Part shown: in pieces, positions 20,517 through 30,230 of the stretch | How positions within the stretch are numbered: the first letter of the stretch is position 1 | Layout of the letters: the number at the start of each line of letters is the position of its first letter | Origin: Candidatus Latescibacterota bacterium | GTDB taxonomy: Bacteria > Latescibacterota > UBA2968 > GCA-2709665 | DNA: 64,000 nt | Assembly (NCBI GenBank): GCA_965226795.1 | Contig: CBDDDZ010000005.1 | Coordinates: 960,001-1,024,000 of the forward strand | Direction: 5' to 3' | Notes under the pieces: generated by a model | Database searches by the model: none | Told to the model about the DNA's origin: nothing | What the model saw: the letters and a program-made list of their open reading frames with translations, nothing else | Translations under genes and position numbers: made by a program

Positions 20517-21754
20517 CCTCTTCTTTCAAAACCCCTCTCCCCGAAGGACATATAGCCACTGTGGTCGACCGCCCGAAGATCGCCGCCGTCGTTACCGAGT
20601 ATCGAAAGTACTCCCACGCCCAGCACATCTGCGACCGTTTTCTCGAAGGTTACGGGTGGAACGGCAGGCATCACCGCCCGCCGATGGACCTGGTTTCGCT
20701 GTACGTGGACCAGCGCCCCGAAGGCGACCTCAGCGGAGAACGGGCTGCCCGATTTCCCGGCATGGTCATCTATCCCACCGTGGGCGATGCCCTGACCCTG
20801 GGCGGCAGTGAACTGGCCGTGGACGGGGTCCTGCTCGTGGGCGAACACGGTCAGTACGGCACTAACGAAAAGGGACAGCATCTCTATCCGCGCTATGAAT
20901 TGTTCAAGCAGATCGCGTCGGTGTACCGTACCTCGGGCAGGTGCGCGCCGGTTTTCAACGACAAGCATCTGTCGTGGCGCTGGGAATGGGCGAAGGAGAT
21001 GTACGACATCTCCCGGAATATGGGCTTCGCCTTTATGGCGGGCTCGTCGCTCCCCGTGACCTGGCGCACGCCCTCCATCGACATGCCCCTGGACGCCCGG
21101 GTGACCGAAGCCATGTGTATCGGCTACGGCGGGGTGGACAGCTACGATTTCCACGCTCTGGAGACGCTGCAGTGTATGGTCGAGCGACGCATGGGCGGCG
21201 AAAGCGGCGTGCGCTGGATCGACACCTACCGCGGTGAGCGATTCTGGGCGGCTCACCATGACTGCGTCTGGTCCCGGGAGTTGTTCGAGGCCTGCCTGGC
21301 GCGCAGTCATACGCTCACGCCGGCCCGCGCCGGGTTCAACCACGTGTTTCCGACCCTGAACGAGATGAAATTGCTCGTGGAGGATCCCATCGCCTACCGG
21401 TACGAGCACCACGACGGTCTGATATCAACCATGATTCTGTTCAACGGCCTGGTGCGGGACTTCAATTTCGCGGTGAACCTGCCGGGGCGCGGCGAACCCC
21501 TGTCCACGCAGATGTACCTGCCCATGCCGCCCGCGCATACGACGCTGGCGAATTTCTTCTCGCCTCAGGTCAACAACGTGGAGAAGATGTTCCTCACGGG
21601 AAAGGCCACGTACCCCGTCGAGCGGACCCTGCTTACAACGGGACTCGTGGCCGCCGCTGTGGACAGTCTGAACCGGGACCAGATCCGTATTCCCACACCA
21701 CATCTGCGTGTGCCGTACAGACCCAACCCCGAATCGACCTTCTGGAGAACATAA
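20513..21754 (+). CDS. Conserved hypothetical protein, paralogue 1 (possible Gfo/Idh/MocA-like fold)
   Basis: 413-aa ORF overlapping the upstream stop; shares long motifs with the next ORF. Confidence 0.8.
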   Translation: MTSSFKTPLPEGHIATVVDRPKIAAVVTEYRKYSHAQHICDRFLEGYGWNGRHHRPPMDLVSLYVDQRPEGDLSGERAARFPGMVIYPTVGDALTLGGSELAVDGVLLVGEHGQYGTNEKGQHLYPRYELFKQIASVYRTSGRCAPVFNDKHLSWRWEWAKEMYDISRNMGFAFMAGSSLPVTWRTPSIDMPLDARVTEAMCIGYGGVDSYDFHALETLQCMVERRMGGESGVRWIDTYRGERFWAAHHDCVWSRELFEACLARSHTLTPARAGFNHVFPTLNEMKLLVEDPIAYRYEHHDGLISTMILFNGLVRDFNFAVNLPGRGEPLSTQMYLPMPPAHTTLANFFSPQVNNVEKMFLTGKATYPVERTLLTTGLVAAAVDSLNRDQIRIPTPHLRVPYRPNPESTFWRT

Positions 21755-22969
21755 GTGGATCGTCCCGTAGAACAGGCCGCGCCGGGCGCCGCACCCGCGC
21801 GTCTTGCCGTGGTCGCCACGATCTATCGATACCTCTCTCACGCACAGCATATCGCGGACCGGTTCGTGGCAGGGTACCCGTACGAAGGAAAATGGCGGCG
21901 GCCGAACACGTGCATCGCGTCGCTCTACGTCGACCAGAAGCCCGGGGGAGACCAGAGCGGAGACCGCGCAAAGGAGTTCGGGTTCGACGTTTACGACACC
22001 ATCGCCGGGGCGTTGCGCTGCGGCACCGACCGGCTGGCCGTGGATGCTGTACTGATTATCGGAGAGCACGGCGAGTATCCGAAGAATGACAAAGGACAGA
22101 TCCTCTACCCAAGGTATGAATTTTTCAAAGAATGCGTGGAAGTCTTTGAACAGGATGGCGTTGCCGTGCCGGTGTTCAACGACAAGCACCTGTCCTACAG
22201 CTTTGGGAAAGCCCGCGAAATGGTGGCGGACTCCCGCCGGCTCCGCTTTCCGCTGCTTGCCGGCTCCTCGTTGCCGGTGAGCTATCGGCTTCCCGACGTG
22301 GAGTTGCCGCTGGATTGCCGCGTAGGAGAGGCCCTGATGGTGGGGGTGGGTGGCTCGGACGCCATGGATTATCACGCGCTCGAGGCCATGCAGTGCATGG
22401 TCGAACGCAGGCGCGGAGGGGAAACCGGCGTCAGGGCCGTGCAAATGATCGAAGGCGATGCCGTCTGGCGGGCCGGTGAGGAGGGCCGCTGGTCACGTGA
22501 ACTGCTGGAGGCGGCCCTTTCGCGAAGCGATACGCCCTGCGGCCTGCCCGAAGATGACGGCCGCACCAGGGACCTGCTGGGAGCCGGCGAGTTACCGGGC
22601 CTCGCAAAGAATCCCGCAGCCTATTTCATCGAGTACCGCGATGGTTTGCGTGCGACGCTACTCATGCTTAACGGTGCACTGCGCGACTATTGTTTCGCGG
22701 CGCAGTTGGAAGGGTATGACGCACCGGTGTCCACACAGTTTTTCATGACACCCACGCCCAACGTGACTTATTCGGCCTGCCTGGTTGCCAAGATCGTGGA
22801 GATGATCAAAAGTGGGCGGGCCCCCTACCCGCCCGAACGCACCCTGATCGTGTGCGGCATTCTCGAGAGTTGTCTTGCTTCCAGGTTGCAGGGCGAACGG
22901 CGCCTGGAGACACCCGGCATCGACGTGGTATATCGAGCGCCCACGGAATCGCAGCACGCGCGGGCCTGA
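21755..22969 (+). CDS. Conserved hypothetical protein, paralogue 2
   Basis: 404-aa ORF abutting paralogue 1 (TAA|GTG); shared SHAQHI, GEHG.Y, PVFNDKHLS, AGSSLPV, HALE.QCMVERR. Confidence 0.8.
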   Translation: MDRPVEQAAPGAAPARLAVVATIYRYLSHAQHIADRFVAGYPYEGKWRRPNTCIASLYVDQKPGGDQSGDRAKEFGFDVYDTIAGALRCGTDRLAVDAVLIIGEHGEYPKNDKGQILYPRYEFFKECVEVFEQDGVAVPVFNDKHLSYSFGKAREMVADSRRLRFPLLAGSSLPVSYRLPDVELPLDCRVGEALMVGVGGSDAMDYHALEAMQCMVERRRGGETGVRAVQMIEGDAVWRAGEEGRWSRELLEAALSRSDTPCGLPEDDGRTRDLLGAGELPGLAKNPAAYFIEYRDGLRATLLMLNGALRDYCFAAQLEGYDAPVSTQFFMTPTPNVTYSACLVAKIVEMIKSGRAPYPPERTLIVCGILESCLASRLQGERRLETPGIDVVYRAPTESQHARA

Positions 22970-23123
22970 TCCCGTCGGGCACTTCGTACCCACATGGTTT
23001 TCTGAGGGCGGGACGTAATGCGCAGGAAGCAGAGTGCCGACAGCGCGAGGCGGTAAGATCGCGACCCACGCGACGGTCCTTCCCGGTCTAACTCCCGCCC
23101 TCAGTCCCGGGCCCTTCGCCGCA

Positions 23124-23202
23124 CTTCGACAGGCTCAGGGTTCAGGTGGGGGATCCCGTTCGCTGCTGAACGACGCTCGTTGTGGTCGTTGAGCCTGTTG
23201 AA
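23124..23202. repeat. Inverted pair of a short REP-like element (CTTCGACAGGCTCAG ... TGAGCCTGTTGAA)
   Basis: Intergenic; the same motif family recurs at 63042-63198. Confidence 0.6.
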
Positions 23203-23420
23203 ACGGGCCTGCTTGTGACGAAGTTCTCTACTGGGAACGAGGGCATCCTGCCCTCGAGATCCGCTTGACCACAGGGGCGCCTGTCTCCAAGGCGAAAAGC
23301 AGTGAGAAGGGAGGAGTGGAAAAGGCGCAATACAACAGCCTGCGGGGTGGTTTTCTCACTTCTTCCCTCTTGTTTCTAACCGAATAGTCGATTTTTCCCC
23401 TACCACAAAGGAGGTGTGTC

Positions 23421-24518
23421 ATGAAAATGAAGGCGTCGGTACTGCTGGAGCCGCTCAAGCCTCTGGTCGTTGAGGATTTGGATCTGGACGGGCCAAAGCA
23501 GGACGAGGTGATGGTGCGGATGGCGGCCAGCGGGGTGTGCCACAGTTGTTTGCACGTTGTGGACGGAGGCTGGAAGGGGTTCCCGATGCCCATGGTACTG
23601 GGCGATGAAGGCGCCGGTGTGGTGGAGGAGGTGGGGCCTGGGGTGACGCACGTGAAGCCGGGCGATCATGTAATCCTTTCTTGGTCGCCGACCTGCGGAC
23701 GCTGTCACTACTGTGTCACCGGGCTTTCGCACCTGTGCGAGCGCGGCGTACCGTCCAACGGTATGCTGATGGACGGTACTTCAAGAATGAAATTGAGGGG
23801 CGAGACAGTCTACCACTACGGACCGGCGTGCAGCTTTGCCTCCCATTCGGTGATGCCGGCCTCGTGCGCGGTGCCCATTCGCGAGGATATGCCGCTCGAC
23901 GTGGCCGCCCTGATCGGGTGTTCGGTGATGACAGGCGTGGGTTCGGTCATCAATACTGCTGCGGTGACACCGGGGGCGAGCATGGCGGTTTTCGGCGCTG
24001 GCGGAATCGGGCTGAACGTGGTCCAGGGCGGAACGCTGGTGCACGCACACCCCATTATCGCCGTGGATATCAATCCGGCGAAGCTCGAATATGCGAAGTC
24101 GTTCGGCGCCACGCACACGATCAATGCGGCCGAGGACAATCCAGTGGAGGCGATCCGGGACCTGACGGGGCGGGGTTCCGATTTCTCGTTTGTAGCCGTG
24201 GGCGAGCCGAGGGTGATCAACCAAGCGTGGGACTGCCTGGCGCCCAGGGGCCAGTGCGTGCTGATCGGTCTGCCCCCGACCGGTTCCACGGTGACCTTTG
24301 ATACGGGGAATCTCCAGGCGAATGAGCGAATCATGCGGGGGTCGAGATACGGAAGTGCGAGGACGTGGGACGATTTTCCGCGGATGGTGGAGCTCTATCT
24401 GGCCGGAAAACTCAAAATCGACGAACTGGTAACCCGAAAATACGGTGTGGATGAGGCGAACGAGGCCTTTGATGCCCTCACTGCGGGGGAGGTGGCGCGG
24501 GGCCTTATCGTCTTCTGA
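23421..24518 (+). CDS. Zn-dependent alcohol dehydrogenase (MDR family)
   Basis: GVCHS, LGDEGAG, CGRCHYC..C, LIGCSV.TG, GAGGIG; AGGAGG RBS. Confidence 0.93.
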   Translation: MKMKASVLLEPLKPLVVEDLDLDGPKQDEVMVRMAASGVCHSCLHVVDGGWKGFPMPMVLGDEGAGVVEEVGPGVTHVKPGDHVILSWSPTCGRCHYCVTGLSHLCERGVPSNGMLMDGTSRMKLRGETVYHYGPACSFASHSVMPASCAVPIREDMPLDVAALIGCSVMTGVGSVINTAAVTPGASMAVFGAGGIGLNVVQGGTLVHAHPIIAVDINPAKLEYAKSFGATHTINAAEDNPVEAIRDLTGRGSDFSFVAVGEPRVINQAWDCLAPRGQCVLIGLPPTGSTVTFDTGNLQANERIMRGSRYGSARTWDDFPRMVELYLAGKLKIDELVTRKYGVDEANEAFDALTAGEVARGLIVF

Positions 24519-24606
24519 TCAAGGCCGAATGCGCGACCGTACGGCAGGAGACGGCCTGGCCCTGTCCACCGTCTTCCGTTCGACTTCAGACCCCGTTTCG
24601 ACCTGT

Positions 24607-25524
24607 CTATTCATTCGACCTGTCGTCCCGCCACGACGGCGTCGTCCAGGTGTTAAACCAGTTCCATTTCCAGAGGACACGTTTTGATGGCAGTTCGACT
24701 TCGTATTCTACTCCCGCCGTGAAGGGCAACACGCGGGTTCTGGATCCAACGGCTTCTCGAATCCACTCGCTGAAGGCACCGGCATCCGTGACGTTGGGCG
24801 GCCAGGTGCCGTGCGGTATCGGGTCCGAAGCTCGGTCGGTGCGGTAGTGGATGGGAATAAGGAATTCCGGCTGGATGGCGTCAACGCATTGAAGGAGTTT
24901 CTCGGTTCGGTCCTCGCCGCCCCATTCCGTGAGGCCCATCTTCATGTGGATAAGGTATGTGACCCGTCCTCGCAGTTTCTCGAGCGCGCGGTAGGGTTCG
25001 GTGAGATCGCCGGTATGTAGAAACGAAATGCCGAATTCACGGACGGTAACGAGGTATCCGCAGTTGGGCAGGTCCGGTCTCTGATTCTCTCCGCTTTCGA
25101 TGACGTCCACCTGGATGGGGCCGAGGTCCAGTTCACAGGGGCCGGGAAAGGTGCGGGATTCCCCGCCGATGTGGCTCAGGTGCCCGGGAAAGACAACCTG
25201 AACAATTTTGGGATCCAGGTATTTCGTGACGGGCAGGTCCCGGTCGAAAGCGGCGTCGCCGTATTTTTCGTCCACGGGCTTGTCGGGATCGCAGCAACCC
25301 GGGCTCACGTAGAGCTTCTTGAACCGTTCACCACGGCAGAGCCTGCGCAGGGTGGCGGGGTGGCAGTGGTCGAAGTGTTCGTGGCTGATGAAGATGTAGT
25401 CGAGGTCCGGCGAAGCACCGGTCAGATGTTCTCCGAACAGGTATGGGTCAAAGGCAAAGTTGATCGCGTCGGTACGGACCTCGAAACCGCCGCAACCGGT
25501 CCATTTCAGAAAGATCGGGTTCAT
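24607..25524 (-). CDS. MBL-fold metallo-hydrolase
   Basis: FDPY, SHEHFDH, HTGDL, IPIHY. Confidence 0.88.
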   Translation of the reverse strand: MNPIFLKWTGCGGFEVRTDAINFAFDPYLFGEHLTGASPDLDYIFISHEHFDHCHPATLRRLCRGERFKKLYVSPGCCDPDKPVDEKYGDAAFDRDLPVTKYLDPKIVQVVFPGHLSHIGGESRTFPGPCELDLGPIQVDVIESGENQRPDLPNCGYLVTVREFGISFLHTGDLTEPYRALEKLRGRVTYLIHMKMGLTEWGGEDRTEKLLQCVDAIQPEFLIPIHYRTDRASDPIPHGTWPPNVTDAGAFSEWIREAVGSRTRVLPFTAGVEYEVELPSKRVLWKWNWFNTWTTPSWRDDRSNE

Positions 25525-25685
25525 GGTGGACTCGTGACGGAGAAAGGGTGAAGAAGTACCCGGGCGCGCTTCCCGTTAACGATCACATACGGCCGCACGC
25601 CGGCGTTGGCAGAGACAGAAGGGCCCCTGTCCAGACAACATATCGATAGCGAATTGTAAAGCAAAGCGGATAATAGGGTGCATAC

Positions 25686-26321
25686 GTGGCACAAAGCGCA
25701 GACACTCGCGCTGAACCGATGCGCGGGCCCATCCATCCGTCCTGTTCGGACCACGAAAGAAGGCATAACTCTTCGATCCGTGCGACGAGGTGTTCGGCGC
25801 GCTCGAATGAGACCCATGCCGGTACGTCGATCAGCCTCTTCGTCTACGGCACGCTCAAACGCGGGTACTCGAACCACGACAGTTATTGTCGGGGCGTGCG
25901 GGCGATTGAAAAGGCGCTGGTCCGCGGACACCTCTACATCAGGCCCGATCGCATCCCTTTTCTCGAGGTGCCGGAGCAGGATATCCTTGCGGAAGGAACC
26001 GCAGACCCCATCGCCGACGCGGCCGCGCAGGAACGCCTTTCCAGTCACATCGGACCTCCACAATTGGCCGAAAGCCCGCCCGGAAAGCCCGCGAGCGGCC
26101 GGGGCGTCGTGCACGGGGAATTGCTCGTATTCGACGATCCCGAAACCCGCCTGCCCGCCATCGACCGCCTGGAAGGCTTCCGGCCAGGCGGTCGAAGTCT
26201 TTACCGCCGGGTACTGGCGCCGGTTCTTGTAAAGGAAACCTGGCGGGCGGCGTGGGTCTACGCGGTCGATACAAAGCCCCTCGAATGGCCCAGGCAGAAC
26301 TCCGGGCGCTGGATGGGGTGA
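25686..26321 (+). CDS. Gamma-glutamylcyclotransferase family protein; start uncertain
   Basis: LFVYGTLKRG..NH, VHGELL, IDRLEGF, YRRVL, AWVY. Confidence 0.85.
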   Translation: MAQSADTRAEPMRGPIHPSCSDHERRHNSSIRATRCSARSNETHAGTSISLFVYGTLKRGYSNHDSYCRGVRAIEKALVRGHLYIRPDRIPFLEVPEQDILAEGTADPIADAAAQERLSSHIGPPQLAESPPGKPASGRGVVHGELLVFDDPETRLPAIDRLEGFRPGGRSLYRRVLAPVLVKETWRAAWVYAVDTKPLEWPRQNSGRWMG

Positions 26322-26430
26322 TAGACGCACTGGGGAAACACGGATTGCGACGGCATAAGACCGGGACGCAGTTCCCGGACTTGCGGAAATCGACCAATAG
26401 AAAATTTGTGAAATCACAAGATTTCTTGTG
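26120..26430 (+). repeat. Left copy of the diverged direct repeat bracketing the defence island
   Basis: Co-linear with 51191-51500; shared blocks TGCCCGCCATCGACCGCCTGGAAGG, CTGGCGCCGGTTCT, ACGGATTGCGACGG, AAATTTGTGAAA. Confidence 0.8.
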
Positions 26431-26432
26431 AT
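26413..26432. promoter_or_regulatory. Perfect palindrome, candidate operator upstream of the HTH-helicase
   Basis: ATCACAAGA-TT-TCTTGTGAT, about 180 bp upstream of ATG 26615. Confidence 0.45.
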
Positions 26433-26614
26433 ATCCCATCGCTTACCGGACGTACTTCCCCCTTATATTTCTGAATTCAGCCCCCAGAGCCCCGAATTCG
26501 TCCTCGTGGCCCACTTAATCGCCCAAATATAGCATCTGCGATAAATATTCGTGACAGTCACCCGATCATCATTTATATTTCGTGTGTCCTATATAGGAAC
26601 GACTGAGAGGCCGT

Positions 26615-29600
26615 ATGTCAACCGTTATGTCAAACGTGGTGCCAGAAGATTGTGCTTCGCGGATCAAGAGCGGGAGGGGCGTCAGGGGGCTGACCCAAAC
26701 GCAATTCGCCAATCTGATCGGTGTCTCCTTTGCGTCCGTGAATCGTTGGGAAAATGGGCAGTCTCGGCCGAATAATCTGGCCTGGAAGCGGATTGCCGAA
26801 CTCGAGCGGCAGTGGACAAGTTCCCGGGATGACGGTCAGTACGATTCATCGACGATGCCGACCACGGCGCCGATCCTTGATTTCGCTGGTGACCCGAACG
26901 CCGTTTCCGTCCTTGCAGAGGCGCATCGTCTGGCGTCAGGTCATCTCTTCAACCCCACGTTCGCCACCGAAACCTCGTCAATAGATCCACTTCCGCATCA
27001 ACGCATCGCCGTCTATGAGACGATGATGCAACAGGCCCCTCTGCGATTCCTGCTGGCCGACGATGCGGGTGCCGGAAAGACAATCATGACTGGTCTGTAC
27101 GTGCGCGAAATGTTGTCGCGGGGATTGATACGTCGCGTCTTGATTGTGCCTCCCGCCGGTCTGGTGGGCAATTGGGAGCGGGAGATGCGGACGCTGTTTC
27201 GCCTCCAGTTCCGAATCGTCCACGGCGCGGACGCCCGATCAGGCAATCCTTTCGCTGGACCGGATAGCGACCTCGTCATCGTCAGTGTCGATACGCTGGC
27301 AGGAAAAGGGATGTTTGCACATCTCCGAAACCAGGATACGGACGGTTATGACCTGGTTGTTTTCGACGAAGCTCACAAGCTGTCAGCCCACAGGGAACCG
27401 GGTTACCGGGTGCGGAGGACGGACCGGTACAGACTCGCCGAAGCAATTGCTGCCGCTGAATCCGATAATTCCGCCTGGACGCTTCCCTGGTCTGCCCAGC
27501 ATCTGCTGCTTCTGACGGCAACGCCGCATATGGGGAAGGACTATCCGTACTTCGCTCTCTGGCGCCTGCTGCTTCCGGAAACACTCACGACCCAGGACGC
27601 CTTCGACGAGTTTTCGCCTGATTCCCGATCCAAACACTTTCTCCGTCGGACGAAAGAGGAGATGGTCCATTTTGACGGATCCGCGTTGTATCCACAGAGG
27701 AACTGCGATACCCTGAGCTACGTTCTTTCGCAGGGTCCGGGGAGCGAGCAGGAACTGTACGACGAGACCACTGATTACATCAGGTATTTCTACAACCGAG
27801 CCAGACAGCTGAACCGTTCCGCCGCACGGCTGGCGATGAGCGTGTTCCAGCGGCGACTGGCGAGTTCCACGTACGCGTTAATGCGTTCCTTCGAGCGCCG
27901 CGAAGAGAAACTGGCCGCTTTGATCGACGCAATACGCGATGGAAGCGTAACCGAGAAACAGCTTACTCGTGAACAGCGGAAGCTGGATGTTCTCGACGAT
28001 GCATTTGAAACGCGGACCTTTGACGAGGACACGGATGATGCACAAGAGGGAGACGAGGCGTTCGAAAGCCAGGCGTTGGGTGGCACCGTGGCTGTCAGCC
28101 TTAGCGAACTCGAGGATGAACGTCAAAGGGTCGAGGGGCTACTGAGCAAGGCACGCCAGAGACTCGAAGCGGGCGAGGAATCGAAATTCGAAAAGCTCCG
28201 CGAGGTGCTCCGGGATCCCAGTTACGCAAATGAGAAATTCATTATCTTCACGGAGCACCGGGACACCGCCGTCTTTCTGGTACGTCGACTTGAGGGTCTC
28301 GGATTTACGGGGCGTGTCGCGATGATTCATGGTGGCCTGCCGTACCCGGAGCGCGAGAGACAGGTGGAGTTCTTCCGCCGCTCCGCTAACGAAGGCGGTG
28401 CCAGCTACCTGGTAGCGACTGACGCGGCTGGCGAGGGCATCAATCTCCAATTCTGCTGGCTGATGGTGAATTACGACATACCCTGGAATCCGGCCCGGCT
28501 TGAACAGCGGATGGGGCGGATTCACCGCTACGGCCAAAAGCACGATCCGGTGATCATTGTCAATCTCCTCGCCGGCGGGACCCGCGAGGGGCGGGTTTTG
28601 AAAACCCTGCTCGACAAGCTGGAGGTGATGCGTCGCCAGCTTCAATCTGACAAGGTTTTCGACGTGGTCGGACGGCTCTTTTCGGAAGTATCCATACGGG
28701 AATATCTTGAGCAGGCGGTCACTGAAGATCCCGGAACCGCCGCCGCGCGACTGGTGGGCGATCTTACTGCGGAGCAGGTCCAGGCGCTCGAACAAAAGGA
28801 ACGCTCGCTCTTTGGCGATGGGGGCGACGTGCGCCGCCAGCTTGCCCGTCTCAATGAAGAGGCAGAGAAGGAAACCTTTCGCAGGCTCCTGCCCGGATAT
28901 GTTCGCCGTTTCGTGGCTAAGGCCGCGACCCTGCTCGACCTGCGGGTGGATGGCGACCTGGAAGAAACCTTCGCCTTGGTTCCCGATCGCGTGCGGGCTG
29001 CCGATCCCCTGTTATCTGCACTTGACGTGTATCCCGAGACAGCGCAGGGCCGGCTCACGGTCTACAAGCCCACCAGCCGGGAGGAAGTCGTGTGGTTGCA
29101 TCCGGGAGAACCGGTCTTCGACGCTATCTCCGCATCGATTATAGGTCGGTACGGACGCGAGGGTCTCCGGGGGTCGGTGTTTATCGACCCAGAAGCGTCC
29201 GTACCCTATCTGTTTCACATCGCGAGAATATCCGTCGAAGAGTACAGCCAGGTCGCCACCGTGGGTGCGGGCGAAACGACCGATGGGGATGGGCGCCAGG
29301 TAAAGGCCTCAAGACTCATCGATTCCAGACTGGTCGGGCTACGGCAATCGGCCGAGGGTACGGTGGAGGAGTCACCGGTGGAACGTCTCCTTCTTTTGCG
29401 AGAAGCGAAAGACTTTCCGCCGGGCCGCGTACCACTCGCGGCGGCGGCTCGGGGTCTCCTTTCCGATGCCGAACGGTCTGCGCGTGAGGACATACTGGAG
29501 TCCCTATTGCAACATTATCAACAGAGTCGTATCGCCGATCTGCCGGCTCACATCGACTTCGTCAGCCGCGGATTCGACTATGAGGCCGCCGAACTCGCCG

Positions 29601-30220
29601 CCGCTCGGTCGCGCCTTACCCACGTGGCTCGGGCCGGCGACAAAAAGGCGAATGCGAGACTGAGCGACGTCAAGGCGCGACAGCGGCGCCAGGCGGCAAC
29701 CCGTGCTCGCCGGCTGGCCCAACTGTCGGCCGAGTCAGACCTTGTTCGGGCCGGCGAGGTCGAATTCCTGGTTCATGCGCTCGTCGTTCCAGTAAGGGAT
29801 AGCGAAGACGCAAAACGCTACGATGCCGACGTCGAAGCGATCGCCGTGGCGGTCGCTGTCGATTTCGAAGAGAACTCCGACGCTGTGGTTAAGGATGTAT
29901 CCAAGCCCGAACTCGCCCGGCGCGCCGGACTGCCCGACTGGCCGGGATTTGATCTTCTCTCCGTCGGAGCCGACGGAGAACGCCGCCGGATAGAAGTCAA
30001 GGGTCGCGCCGGAACCGGAAGTGTAGAGATGAGAGAGAACGAGTGGGCTAACGCCTGCATCCACAGGGAAGAATACTGGCTATACGTCGTTTTCGACTGC
30101 GCGTCGTCGAGACCACGCCTGGTCAGGGTGCGGGATCCCTTTTCCAAACTGCTTGTCCGGGGACGCGAGTCTATGGCCCATACCATCACGGCTGGCGAAG
30201 TATTAAAGGCGGCTGTGTAG
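26615..30220 (+). CDS. XRE-HTH / SNF2-type helicase / DUF3883 (PD-(D/E)xK) nuclease fusion
   Basis: GLTQTQFANLIGVSFASVNRWENG HTH; LADDAGAGKT, DEAH, TATPH, AAGEGINLQ, EQRMGRIHRYGQ; C-terminal GFDLLS..IEVKG..NEW..YWLYVV. Confidence 0.92.
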   Translation: MSTVMSNVVPEDCASRIKSGRGVRGLTQTQFANLIGVSFASVNRWENGQSRPNNLAWKRIAELERQWTSSRDDGQYDSSTMPTTAPILDFAGDPNAVSVLAEAHRLASGHLFNPTFATETSSIDPLPHQRIAVYETMMQQAPLRFLLADDAGAGKTIMTGLYVREMLSRGLIRRVLIVPPAGLVGNWEREMRTLFRLQFRIVHGADARSGNPFAGPDSDLVIVSVDTLAGKGMFAHLRNQDTDGYDLVVFDEAHKLSAHREPGYRVRRTDRYRLAEAIAAAESDNSAWTLPWSAQHLLLLTATPHMGKDYPYFALWRLLLPETLTTQDAFDEFSPDSRSKHFLRRTKEEMVHFDGSALYPQRNCDTLSYVLSQGPGSEQELYDETTDYIRYFYNRARQLNRSAARLAMSVFQRRLASSTYALMRSFERREEKLAALIDAIRDGSVTEKQLTREQRKLDVLDDAFETRTFDEDTDDAQEGDEAFESQALGGTVAVSLSELEDERQRVEGLLSKARQRLEAGEESKFEKLREVLRDPSYANEKFIIFTEHRDTAVFLVRRLEGLGFTGRVAMIHGGLPYPERERQVEFFRRSANEGGASYLVATDAAGEGINLQFCWLMVNYDIPWNPARLEQRMGRIHRYGQKHDPVIIVNLLAGGTREGRVLKTLLDKLEVMRRQLQSDKVFDVVGRLFSEVSIREYLEQAVTEDPGTAAARLVGDLTAEQVQALEQKERSLFGDGGDVRRQLARLNEEAEKETFRRLLPGYVRRFVAKAATLLDLRVDGDLEETFALVPDRVRAADPLLSALDVYPETAQGRLTVYKPTSREEVVWLHPGEPVFDAISASIIGRYGREGLRGSVFIDPEASVPYLFHIARISVEEYSQVATVGAGETTDGDGRQVKASRLIDSRLVGLRQSAEGTVEESPVERLLLLREAKDFPPGRVPLAAAARGLLSDAERSAREDILESLLQHYQQSRIADLPAHIDFVSRGFDYEAAELAAARSRLTHVARAGDKKANARLSDVKARQRRQAATRARRLAQLSAESDLVRAGEVEFLVHALVVPVRDSEDAKRYDADVEAIAVAVAVDFEENSDAVVKDVSKPELARRAGLPDWPGFDLLSVGADGERRRIEVKGRAGTGSVEMRENEWANACIHREEYWLYVVFDCASSRPRLVRVRDPFSKLLVRGRESMAHTITAGEVLKAAV

Positions 30221-30230
30221 TTTTCCGGAG

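Noticed and set aside
20336..22444. Two long minus-strand ORFs (358 and 339 aa) similar to each other
   Set aside because: Shadows of the + strand paralogue pair; their similarity comes from that duplication.
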